Of a stretch of 64,000 nt of DNA, positions 38,437-47,847 are shown one piece after another. The notes under the pieces were generated by a model. It was not told where the DNA came from. It ran no database searches and saw only the letters and a list, made by a program, of their open reading frames with translations. Origin of the DNA: Patescibacteria group bacterium. GTDB taxonomy: Bacteria > Patescibacteriota > Saccharimonadia > UBA4664. Position 1 is the first letter of the stretch; every line of letters begins with the position of its first letter. The stretch spans positions 22,013 through 86,012 of the forward strand of contig JAQGHG010000026.1 of NCBI GenBank assembly GCA_028288925.1. The letters are read 5' to 3'. Both the position numbers and the translations under genes were made by a program.

Positions 38437-38692
38437 GAACTTCATCGAGCAGGTTCACGCTCCGGTCGCGTGAGCCGCGCAGCCTCGAGTTGGCCGACGC
38501 CAATTCGGCAGTCGTCTCGCGGATTACCTCCAGCAACACCTGGACACCCATCAGGAGCTCGTTGACCCGCTCCGAATGCACGGGGTTGATTTCGACATCA
38601 CTATCAAAGCTGCCGATCGCCGCCCGCGCCAGCACCGGAATCAGCGCATCGTGCACTAACGTTAGCTCGTCCTTGGTGATTTGTTTGGTCAT
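38417..38692 (-). CDS. Small hypothetical protein (stand-alone HAMP-like helical pair)
   Basis: A.G.F...V....E..EL..G pattern followed by coiled coil. Confidence 0.5.
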   Translation of the reverse strand: MTKQITKDELTLVHDALIPVLARAAIGSFDSDVEINPVHSERVNELLMGVQVLLEVIRETTAELASANSRLRGSRDRSVNLLDEVLKRSLD

Positions 38693-38753
38693 AGGGAGTA
38701 CCCTCAATCTACGCACTAGACACTAGAATACCATTTCACCGGACCAAAACTCT

Positions 38754-39119
38754 ATGATAAACAAAGTCTATCTTGATAACGACGGCCTCCTCCAAATCTG
38801 GGTGATAGGGGACCAAACTGCCGAATCGGTCCGCGAAATGGGCGAGAAGGCGAGCATTTATAGTGCCCAATTGCGCAGTCAGGGCCGGCCGGTGCTCGTC
38901 CTCGATAATCTCATCAAAATGGGCGGCACCACTTCCGGCGCGCGCAAAGAAGTCGCGCGGATCGCCCGCACGCTCGATTTCGACCGCGCTGTGATGGTCG
39001 GCGATAGCTCGGCGCTCATGCGCTACGGCACCAACCTGATGCTGCGCGCTATCGGCCGCGGCAACACCCGCTATATGAGCAATCTCGCGGTGGCCCGTCA
39101 TTGGCTCCTCGGGCTCTAA
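38754..39119 (+). CDS. SpoIIAA-like (STAS/SEC14) protein
   Basis: VLVLD, ARK, RAVMVG, A..WL C-terminus. Confidence 0.65.
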   Translation: MINKVYLDNDGLLQIWVIGDQTAESVREMGEKASIYSAQLRSQGRPVLVLDNLIKMGGTTSGARKEVARIARTLDFDRAVMVGDSSALMRYGTNLMLRAIGRGNTRYMSNLAVARHWLLGL

Positions 39120-39201
39120 GCTAATTCTTATCGGCTGGCCAGGAGGCTATCAGGCAGCCTTGGCATGATGAGGATGTTCAATTAACCGAAAGGAAAACAT
39201 T

Positions 39202-39711
39202 ATGAACACCCTATCCAAGAAAATTCTCATCCCGATGGCCGCCGTGGCCGTCATCGGCGCCGGCGCCTTCGGCGTCAGCCAAGCCTCGGCCGCCAGCACC
39301 ACGGCCGCCGGCGATCCGCAGGCGTCGCTCGTTCAAAAGCTAGCCGACACCTTCCACATCGATAAATCGAAAGTCCAGGCGGTATTCGATCAAAATCATA
39401 CCGAGAAGCAAGCCGCGCGTGAGGCCGAGTACGAGCAATCCCTGACTCAAGCCGTAACCGACGGCAAGCTCACCACGGAGCAAAAAGACGCCGTGCTGAC
39501 CGAGCACAAGAAGCTCCAGGCCGCGATGCAAGCCGCCAAGGCTAATACCGGCGCCGACCGCCACACCGCCATGCAGCAACACCGCCAGGAAGTCAAAGAT
39601 TGGGCGGCCCAGCACAACATCGCCGAATCCTGGCTAATGGGCCCGGGCCATATGCGCGGCGGCAATCCGCCGGCCGACGCGCCTGACGCGCCCGGCGCAC
39701 CCGCTCAGTAA
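39202..39711 (+). CDS. Secreted helical hypothetical protein
   Basis: Signal peptide, LVQKLA..F, L.QAV.DGKLT.EQ; AAAGGA SD. Confidence 0.75.
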   Translation: MNTLSKKILIPMAAVAVIGAGAFGVSQASAASTTAAGDPQASLVQKLADTFHIDKSKVQAVFDQNHTEKQAAREAEYEQSLTQAVTDGKLTTEQKDAVLTEHKKLQAAMQAAKANTGADRHTAMQQHRQEVKDWAAQHNIAESWLMGPGHMRGGNPPADAPDAPGAPAQ

Positions 39712-39732
39712 AAACCAAAACACGCACCTCTC

Positions 39733-39765
39733 AAAAAGGATCCGGCGCCGGCCGGGTCCTTTTTT
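39733..39765. terminator. Intrinsic terminator (bidirectional geometry)
   Basis: aaaaaggatccggc-gccg-gccgggtcctttttt. Confidence 0.8.
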
Positions 39766-39834
39766 AATTTGGACCTTTTTCCGGCTACACATTATGCTTA
39801 TGGTTAGAGTCATCATACAGATAGGAGAACGGCC

Positions 39835-41556
39835 ATGGCAAAACCACAATCAACGCCCGCTCACGCGCCCAAAGACGACGCCGACGACGACACATCTTCA
39901 AAACGTTTGCGTCTGCCAGCAACGCTCAGAGACCGCATATTGCTGGGAATATCGCTACTCGCCCTCGTCATTGTCATATTATTCACGGTACCCTACACCC
40001 GGTATGGCGTACTCGGCCAGATCTTCAAACGGCCGGTAGCCATCGAAGTCCTCGATAGCCGCACCCACAAACCCGTGAGCGACGCCCTGATCGAACTCGG
40101 CGGCAAGAAGTTCAAAACCGACGCCAAAGGCAAGGTCAACGCCGCCCAAGTTCCCGTCGGCGGGTGGCAATTGGCGGTCAACAAAAAATACTACAATCTC
40201 CTCCGGACCGACATCATGGTGCCGCTCTTCGGCCAAGCCAAGCTGCATAAGCTAGAGCTCGTAGCCATCGGGAACCAAGTGACGCTTAAGATTACCAACA
40301 AAATCACCGGAAAACCCATATCCAAAGCCAAGATTGCCGCGTTAGGCACCACCGCCATCACCGATGCCAATGGCGAAACCGTGATCGTCCTTCCTATCAA
40401 GCGGACGAGCGAGCCGGGCACCGTCAAGCTACCTGGCTATAACGATCTAGCCATCAACATCCAAAATACCGAAGCCCCCACCGCCACGAACACCTTCGCT
40501 GTCACGCCAAGCGGCAAGCTTTACTTCCTGAGCAAGCGCACCGGTAAAATCAACGTCATGAAGTCCGACCTCGACGGCGCCAACGCCTCGGTCGTCTTGG
40601 CCGGCACGGGCAGCGAAGACGACACCGACACCGTCCTGCTCGCCACGCGCGATTGGAAGTATCTGGCGCTCAAAGCCAAGCGCGATAGTGACCGCGCCAA
40701 ACTCTACATCATCAATACCGCCACCGATAAGCTTGATACCATGGACGAAGGCAAGGCCTCATTCGTACCGGTCGGCTGGAGTGGCCATCACTTTGTGTTC
40801 ACGGTCGCCCGCGACGATATCCCGTATTGGCAGCCCAAGCAGACCGCCCTCAAGGCCTATGACGCCGAAAAAGATACGCTGGCGACGCTAGACCAGACGG
40901 AGGCGGAAGGAACAGACGCGAATTACTACGTGGCCCAGAATATCGCGAACGTTTACCTGATCGACAACGCCGTAGTCTATACCAAGCAGTGGAACGGCGG
41001 GTATTACAGCGCTCCTCTCTACGCGGGCAAAAAGATCAGCATCTTCTCCGCCCCACTTTCCGGGGGTTCGCGCACGCCGCTCAAAGACTTCGATGCCAAG
41101 CCCAGCTTGTCTATTGGCGCGGCGCTCTACAAGCCCAAAGAGCCGTTATTCCAACTCAGCGACTACGGAGTCAACCCCAATAGTTTTAGCTTCTTTGAAT
41201 TGGATAACGGCAAAATTGCCACCGCCAGCGGGATAACTACCGACACGTTCAATAAATTCTACCCCACCTACATTCAATCACCCTCCGGCAAGCGGACCTT
41301 CTGGTATGAGCCCCGTGACGGCAAGAACAGCCTGTTTTCCGGCGACAGTGACGGTGCGGGCAGCAAAGAGCTTGCTAGCTTGAGCGAATTTACGCCCTAT
41401 GGCTGGTATGGCGACGACTACGTGCTGGTATCGAAGAACAAGAGCGAGCTCTACATCGCGCCCAAAGATTTGAGCAGCGCTCCGGTCAAAGTCACCGATT
41501 ATCACAAGCCCAACTTTAACGGCAATGGCTATGGCGGGGGATACGGCGGATTCTAG
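39835..41556 (+). CDS. Membrane-anchored surface protein (carboxypeptidase-regulatory-like repeats plus probable beta-propeller)
   Basis: Single TM, two TD..G Ig-like modules, KSDLDG, Gly/Tyr-rich tail. Confidence 0.7.
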   Translation: MAKPQSTPAHAPKDDADDDTSSKRLRLPATLRDRILLGISLLALVIVILFTVPYTRYGVLGQIFKRPVAIEVLDSRTHKPVSDALIELGGKKFKTDAKGKVNAAQVPVGGWQLAVNKKYYNLLRTDIMVPLFGQAKLHKLELVAIGNQVTLKITNKITGKPISKAKIAALGTTAITDANGETVIVLPIKRTSEPGTVKLPGYNDLAINIQNTEAPTATNTFAVTPSGKLYFLSKRTGKINVMKSDLDGANASVVLAGTGSEDDTDTVLLATRDWKYLALKAKRDSDRAKLYIINTATDKLDTMDEGKASFVPVGWSGHHFVFTVARDDIPYWQPKQTALKAYDAEKDTLATLDQTEAEGTDANYYVAQNIANVYLIDNAVVYTKQWNGGYYSAPLYAGKKISIFSAPLSGGSRTPLKDFDAKPSLSIGAALYKPKEPLFQLSDYGVNPNSFSFFELDNGKIATASGITTDTFNKFYPTYIQSPSGKRTFWYEPRDGKNSLFSGDSDGAGSKELASLSEFTPYGWYGDDYVLVSKNKSELYIAPKDLSSAPVKVTDYHKPNFNGNGYGGGYGGF

Positions 41557-41600
41557 GCTAAAATGTGGCAATTAGCCGGGCCACGCATTATGCTTATGAT

Positions 41601-43259
41601 ATGAACCTCAAGGCAGACCTCCAAAAAACCATCAAGGGCGAAGTCGAAGACGCGCCCGAGCAGCTCGAAACCTACAGCCACGACGCCAGCCTCTTCGAGG
41701 TCAAACCCCAAGTAATCACCTATCCCAAGGACGCCGCCGACGTGATGGCGCTCGTCAAATACGCCACCGCCCACAAGGCCGCCCAGCCCAATCTCTCGAT
41801 TACGGCCCGCAGCGCCGGCACCGATATGTCCGGCGGCGCCGTCAACGACAGCATCATCGCCGACTTCAACCGCCACTTCAGTAAAATCTTCGAAGTTAGC
41901 TCGCAAGAAGCCCACGCCCAGCCTGGTGTCTTCTATCGCGAGTTCGAAAAAGCCACGCTGGAGCACAAAGCCCTCATGCCCAGCTACCCGGCCAGCCGCG
42001 AGCTCTGCACCATCGGCGGCATGGTCAACAACAACTCCGGCGGCGAAAAGTCGCTCGAATTCGGCAAGACCGAAAACTTCGTGAACGAGCTCAAGGTCGT
42101 CCTGGCCGACGGCAACGAATACGTCATGGGCCCGCTCACCAAGCCCCAGCTCGACGTCAAATGCGCGCAAAAAGACTTCGAAGGCGAAGTCTACCGCAAA
42201 ACCTTCGCCCTCGTCGAAAAGCACTACGACGTAATCAAGGCCGCCAAGCCCCACGTCACCAAAAATTCCACCGGCTACAACCTCTGGGACGTCTGGGACC
42301 GCGACACCGGCATCTTCGACCTCACCAAGCTCATCGTTGGTGCCCAGGGCACCCTCGGCTTCACCACCGACATCAAATTCCGCCTGGTGCCCGCCCGTCC
42401 GCACTCCGGCCTGCTCGTACTCTTCCTCAAGGACATCGACCGCCTCGGCGAAGTCATCAACAAAGTCATGGAGTACAAGCCCGCCACCTTCGAATCCTTC
42501 GACGACGTCACTCTCTGGCTATCCATCAAGTTCATGCCGTCGTTCCTGGGTATGCTCGGGCCGGTCAAATTCATCCAGCTCCTCATTAGCCTCATCCCCG
42601 ACGGCTTCATGCTGCTCCACGGCATCCCCAAGCTCATCCTCATGATCGAGTTCGACGGCGAGACCAAGGACGAGGTTAAAGCCAAGATCAAGGCCCTCCA
42701 CAAAGACCTCGACATCAAGCACAGTTATTACGAAATCACCGCCGAAGAAGAAGACCCCGACGAGAACAGCTCGCGCAAATACTGGCTGATGCGCCGCCAG
42801 AGCTTCCAACTCCTGCGCAAGAAGGTCAAGGACAAGCACACCGCGCCCTTCATCGACGACCTGGTAGTGCCTACCGAGCACCTGCCCGAATTCTTGCCGC
42901 AAATGCGCAAGATCATCAAAAAATACAACCTCTTCGCCACCATTGCCGGCCACATGGGCGACGGCAACTTCCACATCATCCCGCTCATGAAGATCGAGCT
43001 GCAGTCCGAGCGCGACAAACTCCGCCCCGCCATGGAAGAAACCAACGAACTCGTGCTCAAGTACGGCGGCTCGCTCTCCGGCGAGCACAACGACGGCATG
43101 ATCCGCGGCCCCTGGCTCGAGCGCGCCTACGGCAAGGAAGTCTACGGCCTCTTCCGCGAGACCAAAGACATTTTTGACCCCCATGGCATCTTCAACCCCC
43201 ACAAAAAGGCCAGCGCCGACTGGGAGTGGACCATGAGCCACATCCGCCAGTCATTTTAG
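41601..43259 (+). CDS. FAD-linked oxidoreductase (GlcD/D-lactate dehydrogenase-like)
   Basis: RSAGTDMSG, CTIGGMVNNNSGG, GAQGTLG, GH.GDGN.H, SGEHNDG, FNP. Confidence 0.9.
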   Translation: MNLKADLQKTIKGEVEDAPEQLETYSHDASLFEVKPQVITYPKDAADVMALVKYATAHKAAQPNLSITARSAGTDMSGGAVNDSIIADFNRHFSKIFEVSSQEAHAQPGVFYREFEKATLEHKALMPSYPASRELCTIGGMVNNNSGGEKSLEFGKTENFVNELKVVLADGNEYVMGPLTKPQLDVKCAQKDFEGEVYRKTFALVEKHYDVIKAAKPHVTKNSTGYNLWDVWDRDTGIFDLTKLIVGAQGTLGFTTDIKFRLVPARPHSGLLVLFLKDIDRLGEVINKVMEYKPATFESFDDVTLWLSIKFMPSFLGMLGPVKFIQLLISLIPDGFMLLHGIPKLILMIEFDGETKDEVKAKIKALHKDLDIKHSYYEITAEEEDPDENSSRKYWLMRRQSFQLLRKKVKDKHTAPFIDDLVVPTEHLPEFLPQMRKIIKKYNLFATIAGHMGDGNFHIIPLMKIELQSERDKLRPAMEETNELVLKYGGSLSGEHNDGMIRGPWLERAYGKEVYGLFRETKDIFDPHGIFNPHKKASADWEWTMSHIRQSF

Positions 43260-43261
43260 AG

Positions 43262-43282
43262 GGCGCCCCACACTGGGGCGCC
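43262..43282 (+). terminator. GC-rich stem-loop after oxidoreductase
   Basis: ggcgcccca-cac-tggggcgcc; no U-tract. Confidence 0.45.
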
Positions 43283-43339
43283 TACACATACACCCATGGG
43301 TACCCGGCATCCGCGCCAATAGAGTAGAGTGTTAATAGC

Positions 43340-43738
43340 ATGAATAAACTCCCCGGGACCCAACCCACCACCGCTGTACCGGCTGCCCACTTCGAGTGCG
43401 GTATCGAAGATGGTTATGTGTACGAACGCATCTGGGGCAAAATACAGCTCGCGGAAGCCGAAAAATCGGCTGCCCGGGTCATCGCGCTGGCGCGGGAGAG
43501 TGGCCACCGGCTCTTCCTGCTCGACATCGACCAGCTCGAATGGATCGATAGCCTCAGCGTCCGCAAGCGCGGCCTGGAGCTCATGCACCAAGGCAAACAG
43601 GTCTTTGACCATCTAGCGCTCGTCTCGCGCCGCCCGGCCATCACCTACCTAGTGAGTATGCTCGCCACCGGTGCGGGTCTCGACACCAAAGGTTTCAGCG
43701 ACAAAGCTGAAGCCGTCCGATGGCTGCGCTCAAAATAA
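43340..43738 (+). CDS. SpoIIAA-like (STAS/SEC14) protein
   Basis: LLDI, LALV, F....EAVRWL. Confidence 0.65.
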   Translation: MNKLPGTQPTTAVPAAHFECGIEDGYVYERIWGKIQLAEAEKSAARVIALARESGHRLFLLDIDQLEWIDSLSVRKRGLELMHQGKQVFDHLALVSRRPAITYLVSMLATGAGLDTKGFSDKAEAVRWLRSK

Positions 43739-43826
43739 GGTGGTAAGCCCAGTGTTTTAAACGCTCACAGCCAAGCATGTTCCTCAAAGCAGGAGTAAAC
43801 CGGTTTGCTCCTTGTATACTAGTGCT

Positions 43827-44447
43827 ATGACCGCCCCCACCCTAGCTACCCAAATCGCCGCCGCCGAAGCCGCCCTCCAAAAGCTCGACCCCAAACTCGG
43901 TGCGCTCATCGCCACCCAAGCGCCCCTCAACCGCGTCCGCGAGGGGACGTACTTCGGCAACCTCACGCGCTCGATTGTCAGCCAGCAAATCTCGGTGGCG
44001 GCCGCGGCGTCTATCCTGGCGCGCATTCAGGCCGCCACCGCGCTCGACCCGCACGCCATTATCGCTCTCAGCGCGGACGAGCTGCGCGCCCTCGGCCTCT
44101 CACGCGGCAAAGCCGGCTACATCCACGACCTGGCCGAGCACTTCGTCCGCGACGCCGCCGTCTTCGACCACCTCGATCGCTTGCCCGACGCGCAGGTCAT
44201 TGCCGAGCTCACCGGCGTCAAAGGTATCGGCGTCTGGACCGCCCAAATGTTCCTCATGTTCACCCTCGGCCGCCTCGATGTCTTCGCCCCGGACGACGTC
44301 GGCCTCCAGCGCGCCATCGTGCGGCTCTACGGCCTCGATGCCGTCCCGCCCCGCGCCGAACTCGAACGCTTGAGCCAAGCCTGGCACCCGTACCGCACGG
44401 TAGCGAGCTGGCACCTCTGGGCGTCGCTCGACAAAACTCCGGTTTAA
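43827..44447 (+). CDS. alkA: DNA-3-methyladenine glycosylase II (AlkA/HhH-GPD)
   Basis: SIVSQQIS, GLSRGK, VKGIGVWTAQMFLMF, DDVG, W.PYRT. Confidence 0.88.
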   Translation: MTAPTLATQIAAAEAALQKLDPKLGALIATQAPLNRVREGTYFGNLTRSIVSQQISVAAAASILARIQAATALDPHAIIALSADELRALGLSRGKAGYIHDLAEHFVRDAAVFDHLDRLPDAQVIAELTGVKGIGVWTAQMFLMFTLGRLDVFAPDDVGLQRAIVRLYGLDAVPPRAELERLSQAWHPYRTVASWHLWASLDKTPV

Positions 44448-45190
44448 GCCAATTTTAAGTGGCTCCGCAGTAGCTCATTAACGCGGCCGGGATTATCCAA
44501 GTTCGCCATATGACCGGCCCGCTCAATAGTCTCAAACGTCGTGCGGGGAGCATTTTTGGCAATGTGGCGGGCACATTCCTGGAAACCAGTTACGTCGTCT
44601 TCGCCCACCATCACGAGCGTCGGCATGGCCAGCTCGCCTAGGCGGTCGACAGCGGGCGGCGCGAGTTGAGTTTCGGTATTGGGGTGCGACCAGTGCCAGC
44701 CCGAATAATCCGCCACTATCTCATTAATCAGCCCCAGTGCTTCGGGATGGCCTTGCTCGCCGGCAAACAACGGCTCGCTTAGCCACGCCGCCTTGGCCGC
44801 CTCCAGACCGATGGCGGCTATATCGGGCTTAACGGCGCCTCGGCTCGGGAACCCGCTCAGAGCCGAATCAATCAACGTGAGCGTGCGCACATACGCCGGA
44901 TGCCTCAACGCGAAATCAATTGCCACCCGGCCACCCATCGAAAGCCCCACAATGTGGGCCGTCTCAATATTCAGCTGATCCAGCAGCGCCTGCAGGTCGT
45001 CGTAGTGCGCGTACTTGCCCTCGGGTAGGTCAGAAGCCCCAAACCCGCGCAGATCATACGAAACACACTTATAGTCACTCTGGAAAGCCTCGATCTGCGG
45101 CCGCCACATGCGGTGGTCGAGCGTAAAGCCATGTACAAACACCACCGGCTCGCCCTGCCCGGAAATCTCGTAATAAGGGGTAAATTTCAT
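44444..45190 (-). CDS. Alpha/beta hydrolase
   Basis: VHG, DLRGFG, GLSMGG, GEDD, AGH. Confidence 0.9.
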   Translation of the reverse strand: MKFTPYYEISGQGEPVVFVHGFTLDHRMWRPQIEAFQSDYKCVSYDLRGFGASDLPEGKYAHYDDLQALLDQLNIETAHIVGLSMGGRVAIDFALRHPAYVRTLTLIDSALSGFPSRGAVKPDIAAIGLEAAKAAWLSEPLFAGEQGHPEALGLINEIVADYSGWHWSHPNTETQLAPPAVDRLGELAMPTLVMVGEDDVTGFQECARHIAKNAPRTTFETIERAGHMANLDNPGRVNELLRSHLKLA

Positions 45191-45233
45191 AGCTCTAAGG
45201 ATAGCATGCCCGGCTCCACGCTAAAATCAAGCC

Positions 45234-45450
45234 ATGTCAGAAGCACTCACCACCAGTACATTCATGCGGCAACTCGAAGCCCTGAAATCCCCCAAAGTTT
45301 TGAAAGGCTATGAGCGCTACTTTCCGCTCAAAGACGCGGCGATGATGTGTTCATCGGGGTACGGATGGGCAAAATCTTTGCCCTCGCCAAAGCCGGCGTC
45401 CACATGCCGCTGGCCGAAGTCGAAAAGCTCCTCGGAAGCCCCGTGCACTG
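45234..45450 (+). pseudogene. Frameshifted, truncated AlkD-like DNA alkylation repair gene
   Basis: MSEALT..RYF, then in a shifted frame DVFIGVRMGKIFALAK..MPLAEVEKLL.SPVH, ending abruptly. Confidence 0.7.
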
Positions 45451-45480
45451 GGCGGTTTTAGCCCCGAAAGCTTGGAGGCC

Positions 45481-45927
45481 TTACTGCACTACGGTCTCGT
45501 AATTGCCCACCACTGATCCACCCTCCCTTACGACGGTGCGGGTGCGCTTGGTGACGGCCTCTCTATTTGTACGCACTGCCGCGATCCAGTCTGGCGAGGC
45601 GCCGGTTTCCGGGTCGTGAGCAGCGCCCCATTCCGCTAGATCAAGCAATACCGGGACCAGGTCCAGACCTTTCTCCGTCAGCCGATACTCATCTTTGCGC
45701 TTGTCGGTCTGGCTGGGATGCTTGGAAAGAATGCCTTTTTGCTCCAGCGCCGCTAGCCGGCTCGCCAGTACACTCGTGCCAATCCGCTCCTCTGACGCCA
45801 AGAATTCACCGTAAGTTTTCTTGCCAAAGTAAACAATGTCGCGCACGATCAGCAACGACCAAGGATCGCCGAACATTTCTAAGGAGAAGTTAATGGCGCA
45901 ATCTGAGCGCCTATCTGTACGTTTCAT
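45481..45927 (-). CDS. HxlR/DUF24-family transcriptional regulator
   Basis: RSDC, GDPWSLLIVRD, L..RL..L, Y.LTEKG.DL.PV..WG. Confidence 0.9.
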   Translation of the reverse strand: MKRTDRRSDCAINFSLEMFGDPWSLLIVRDIVYFGKKTYGEFLASEERIGTSVLASRLAALEQKGILSKHPSQTDKRKDEYRLTEKGLDLVPVLLDLAEWGAAHDPETGASPDWIAAVRTNREAVTKRTRTVVREGGSVVGNYETVVQ

Positions 45928-45946
45928 GCAATAATACTATCATATT

Positions 45947-45965
45947 TACTTTCATAATGAAAGTA
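45947..45965. promoter_or_regulatory. Inverted-repeat operator TACTTTCA-TAA-TGAAAGTA
   Basis: Perfect 8-bp arms between divergent HxlR and hydrolase genes. Confidence 0.7.
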
Positions 45966-46013
45966 TGTTAGGGTGCTATTAATAAGCATGAGTCTAGAGA
46001 GGAACAAAAATAT

Positions 46014-46784
46014 ATGTCCGCAGCGACTTCCAAAGATGGTACAAAGATTACCTATATCCAAGAAGGTAACGGTCCGGTTTTAGTCCTGGTAGGCGGCGCC
46101 TTGCAGCACAAGTCTGATCAGCTGATGGCCGGCCTCGCTCCGCTGCTGGCCAAAGAATTCACCGTGGTCAGCTACGACCGGCGGGGCCGGGGCGAAAGCA
46201 CCGATACTCAACCCTACGCCGTAGAGCGGGAAATTGAGGATCTGGAAGCCGTTATTAAAGAAGTCGGTGGTGCGGCTTTTGTCTTTGGCATGTCTTCCGG
46301 GGGCTCTCTGGTCCTTCTAGCAGCGTCAAAGGTTCCGAGTATCAAGAAGATAGCGACATACGAAGCGCCGTTTGTTTCCGAGCAGGAGGTAGGCAGTAAT
46401 GCAGCCGAATACATCACCGGGCTGAAAGAGGCCGTCGCGGCTGGTCAACACGGCAAGGCAGTCAAATTATTCATGAAGCGGATCGGCATGCCGGCCCCCA
46501 TGGTAGCTATCATGAGCCTTACCCCGATGTGGCCGAAGCTCAAGGCCCTCGCGCCGACCCTAGTATACGACGCCCTCATAGTCGGCGATGGTTCAGTGCC
46601 GAAGCAGCTCTCGTCAGTTACGGCTCCGGTGATGCTCATCACCGGCACCTCGGACCAGATGAAGAACGCCGCGAAAGCGGCTCTCGGAGTGCTCCCGAAC
46701 GCGGCGCGCCAGGTACTCGAGGGCCAATCCCACAACATCAAGCCGGCCGCTCTCGCCCCCGCGTTAAGTAAATTCTTTAAGTAA
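46014..46784 (+). CDS. Alpha/beta hydrolase
   Basis: SKDGTKI, YDRRGRGES, GMSSG, GQSH. Confidence 0.88.
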   Translation: MSAATSKDGTKITYIQEGNGPVLVLVGGALQHKSDQLMAGLAPLLAKEFTVVSYDRRGRGESTDTQPYAVEREIEDLEAVIKEVGGAAFVFGMSSGGSLVLLAASKVPSIKKIATYEAPFVSEQEVGSNAAEYITGLKEAVAAGQHGKAVKLFMKRIGMPAPMVAIMSLTPMWPKLKALAPTLVYDALIVGDGSVPKQLSSVTAPVMLITGTSDQMKNAAKAALGVLPNAARQVLEGQSHNIKPAALAPALSKFFK

Positions 46785-46799
46785 AAAGAGGACAGCAGG

Positions 46800-47429
46800 T
46801 TGAACACAACAAAAAAACTTCTGGCTTGTGGTGTGATCGCGGGGCCAATATTCATTATCGTAGCCTTAATCCAGGCGTTCACCCGTGCTGGATTCAACTT
46901 CACTCATCAGCCCATTAGCTTCTTGAGCTTAGGAAACCTAGGCTGGATCCAGATAAGCAATTTCCTCCTCAGCGGCTTGTTGGTGATCGCTTTTGCTCTC
47001 GGTATAGGACGAGTGCTACGGTCTAAGCCGGGCGGCACGTGGGGACCCTGGTTCCTCGGGGGCCTTGGCTTAGGACTCATCGTGGCCGGGCTTTTCCCAC
47101 CCGACGCCGGTTTCGGTTATCCCGTTGGAACCCCTGACGGGCCACCGGCGGTCCTGACGTACCACTCGGCTCTGCACGGCACCGGCTTTACGCTATCATT
47201 CGTCTTCTTCGTGCTAGCGTGTATCGTGTTTGTGCGCAGAGACGCCATTCGGAAAGATTGGGGAAGAGTCGCCTACACCGCGATAACGGCCGTCGCGGCC
47301 CTCACCCTCAGTATGTGGCCGGGCACCAATGGAGTCGCCTTACGAGATTTCGCGGCAGCGGTGTTCTTGTGGACCTGGATAACCCTGCAGTCAGCTTGGT
47401 TGATCTCTGGGCTCACCAAGGATAGCTAA
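46800..47429 (+). CDS. DUF998-like membrane protein
   Basis: R.GF...PIS.LSLG..GWIQ..NF, AG.F..D...GYP.G, LH. Confidence 0.75.
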   Translation: MNTTKKLLACGVIAGPIFIIVALIQAFTRAGFNFTHQPISFLSLGNLGWIQISNFLLSGLLVIAFALGIGRVLRSKPGGTWGPWFLGGLGLGLIVAGLFPPDAGFGYPVGTPDGPPAVLTYHSALHGTGFTLSFVFFVLACIVFVRRDAIRKDWGRVAYTAITAVAALTLSMWPGTNGVALRDFAAAVFLWTWITLQSAWLISGLTKDS

Positions 47430-47503
47430 AGGGACTGAGGTCGAAATTATTCAAGCAGGCCAGTTACCTTGACAGCCATAGTAATGTGCTATACATTGTA
47501 CTC

Positions 47504-47833
47504 ATGATCAACCAAAAATTATCATCCGACCTCCTACGCGGCCACACCGACACCATGATCCTCAAGCTGTTGGCGGCCGGCGACAAGTACGGCTACGAGA
47601 TCACGAAGCTCATCTTCGAGCAGTCCGGCCGTGCCTATGAGCTCAAGGAAGCCACCATGTACTCCAGTCTCAAACGGCTCGAGAATGACGCCTGCATCAC
47701 CTCGTATTGGGGCGACGAAACCCAGGGCGGCCGCCGCAAGTACTATTCGCTAACCGCGGCCGGGCGTCAGCTCTACGCCGAAAATAAGCACAACTGGGAA
47801 GCTGCTAAACAGATTCTCGATCAATTACTGTAA
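47504..47833 (+). CDS. PadR-family transcriptional regulator
   Basis: LLRG, YGYEI, Y..LKRLE, RRKYY.LT..G. Confidence 0.92.
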   Translation: MINQKLSSDLLRGHTDTMILKLLAAGDKYGYEITKLIFEQSGRAYELKEATMYSSLKRLENDACITSYWGDETQGGRRKYYSLTAAGRQLYAENKHNWEAAKQILDQLL

Positions 47834-47847
47834 GAAAAGGAACTAAA

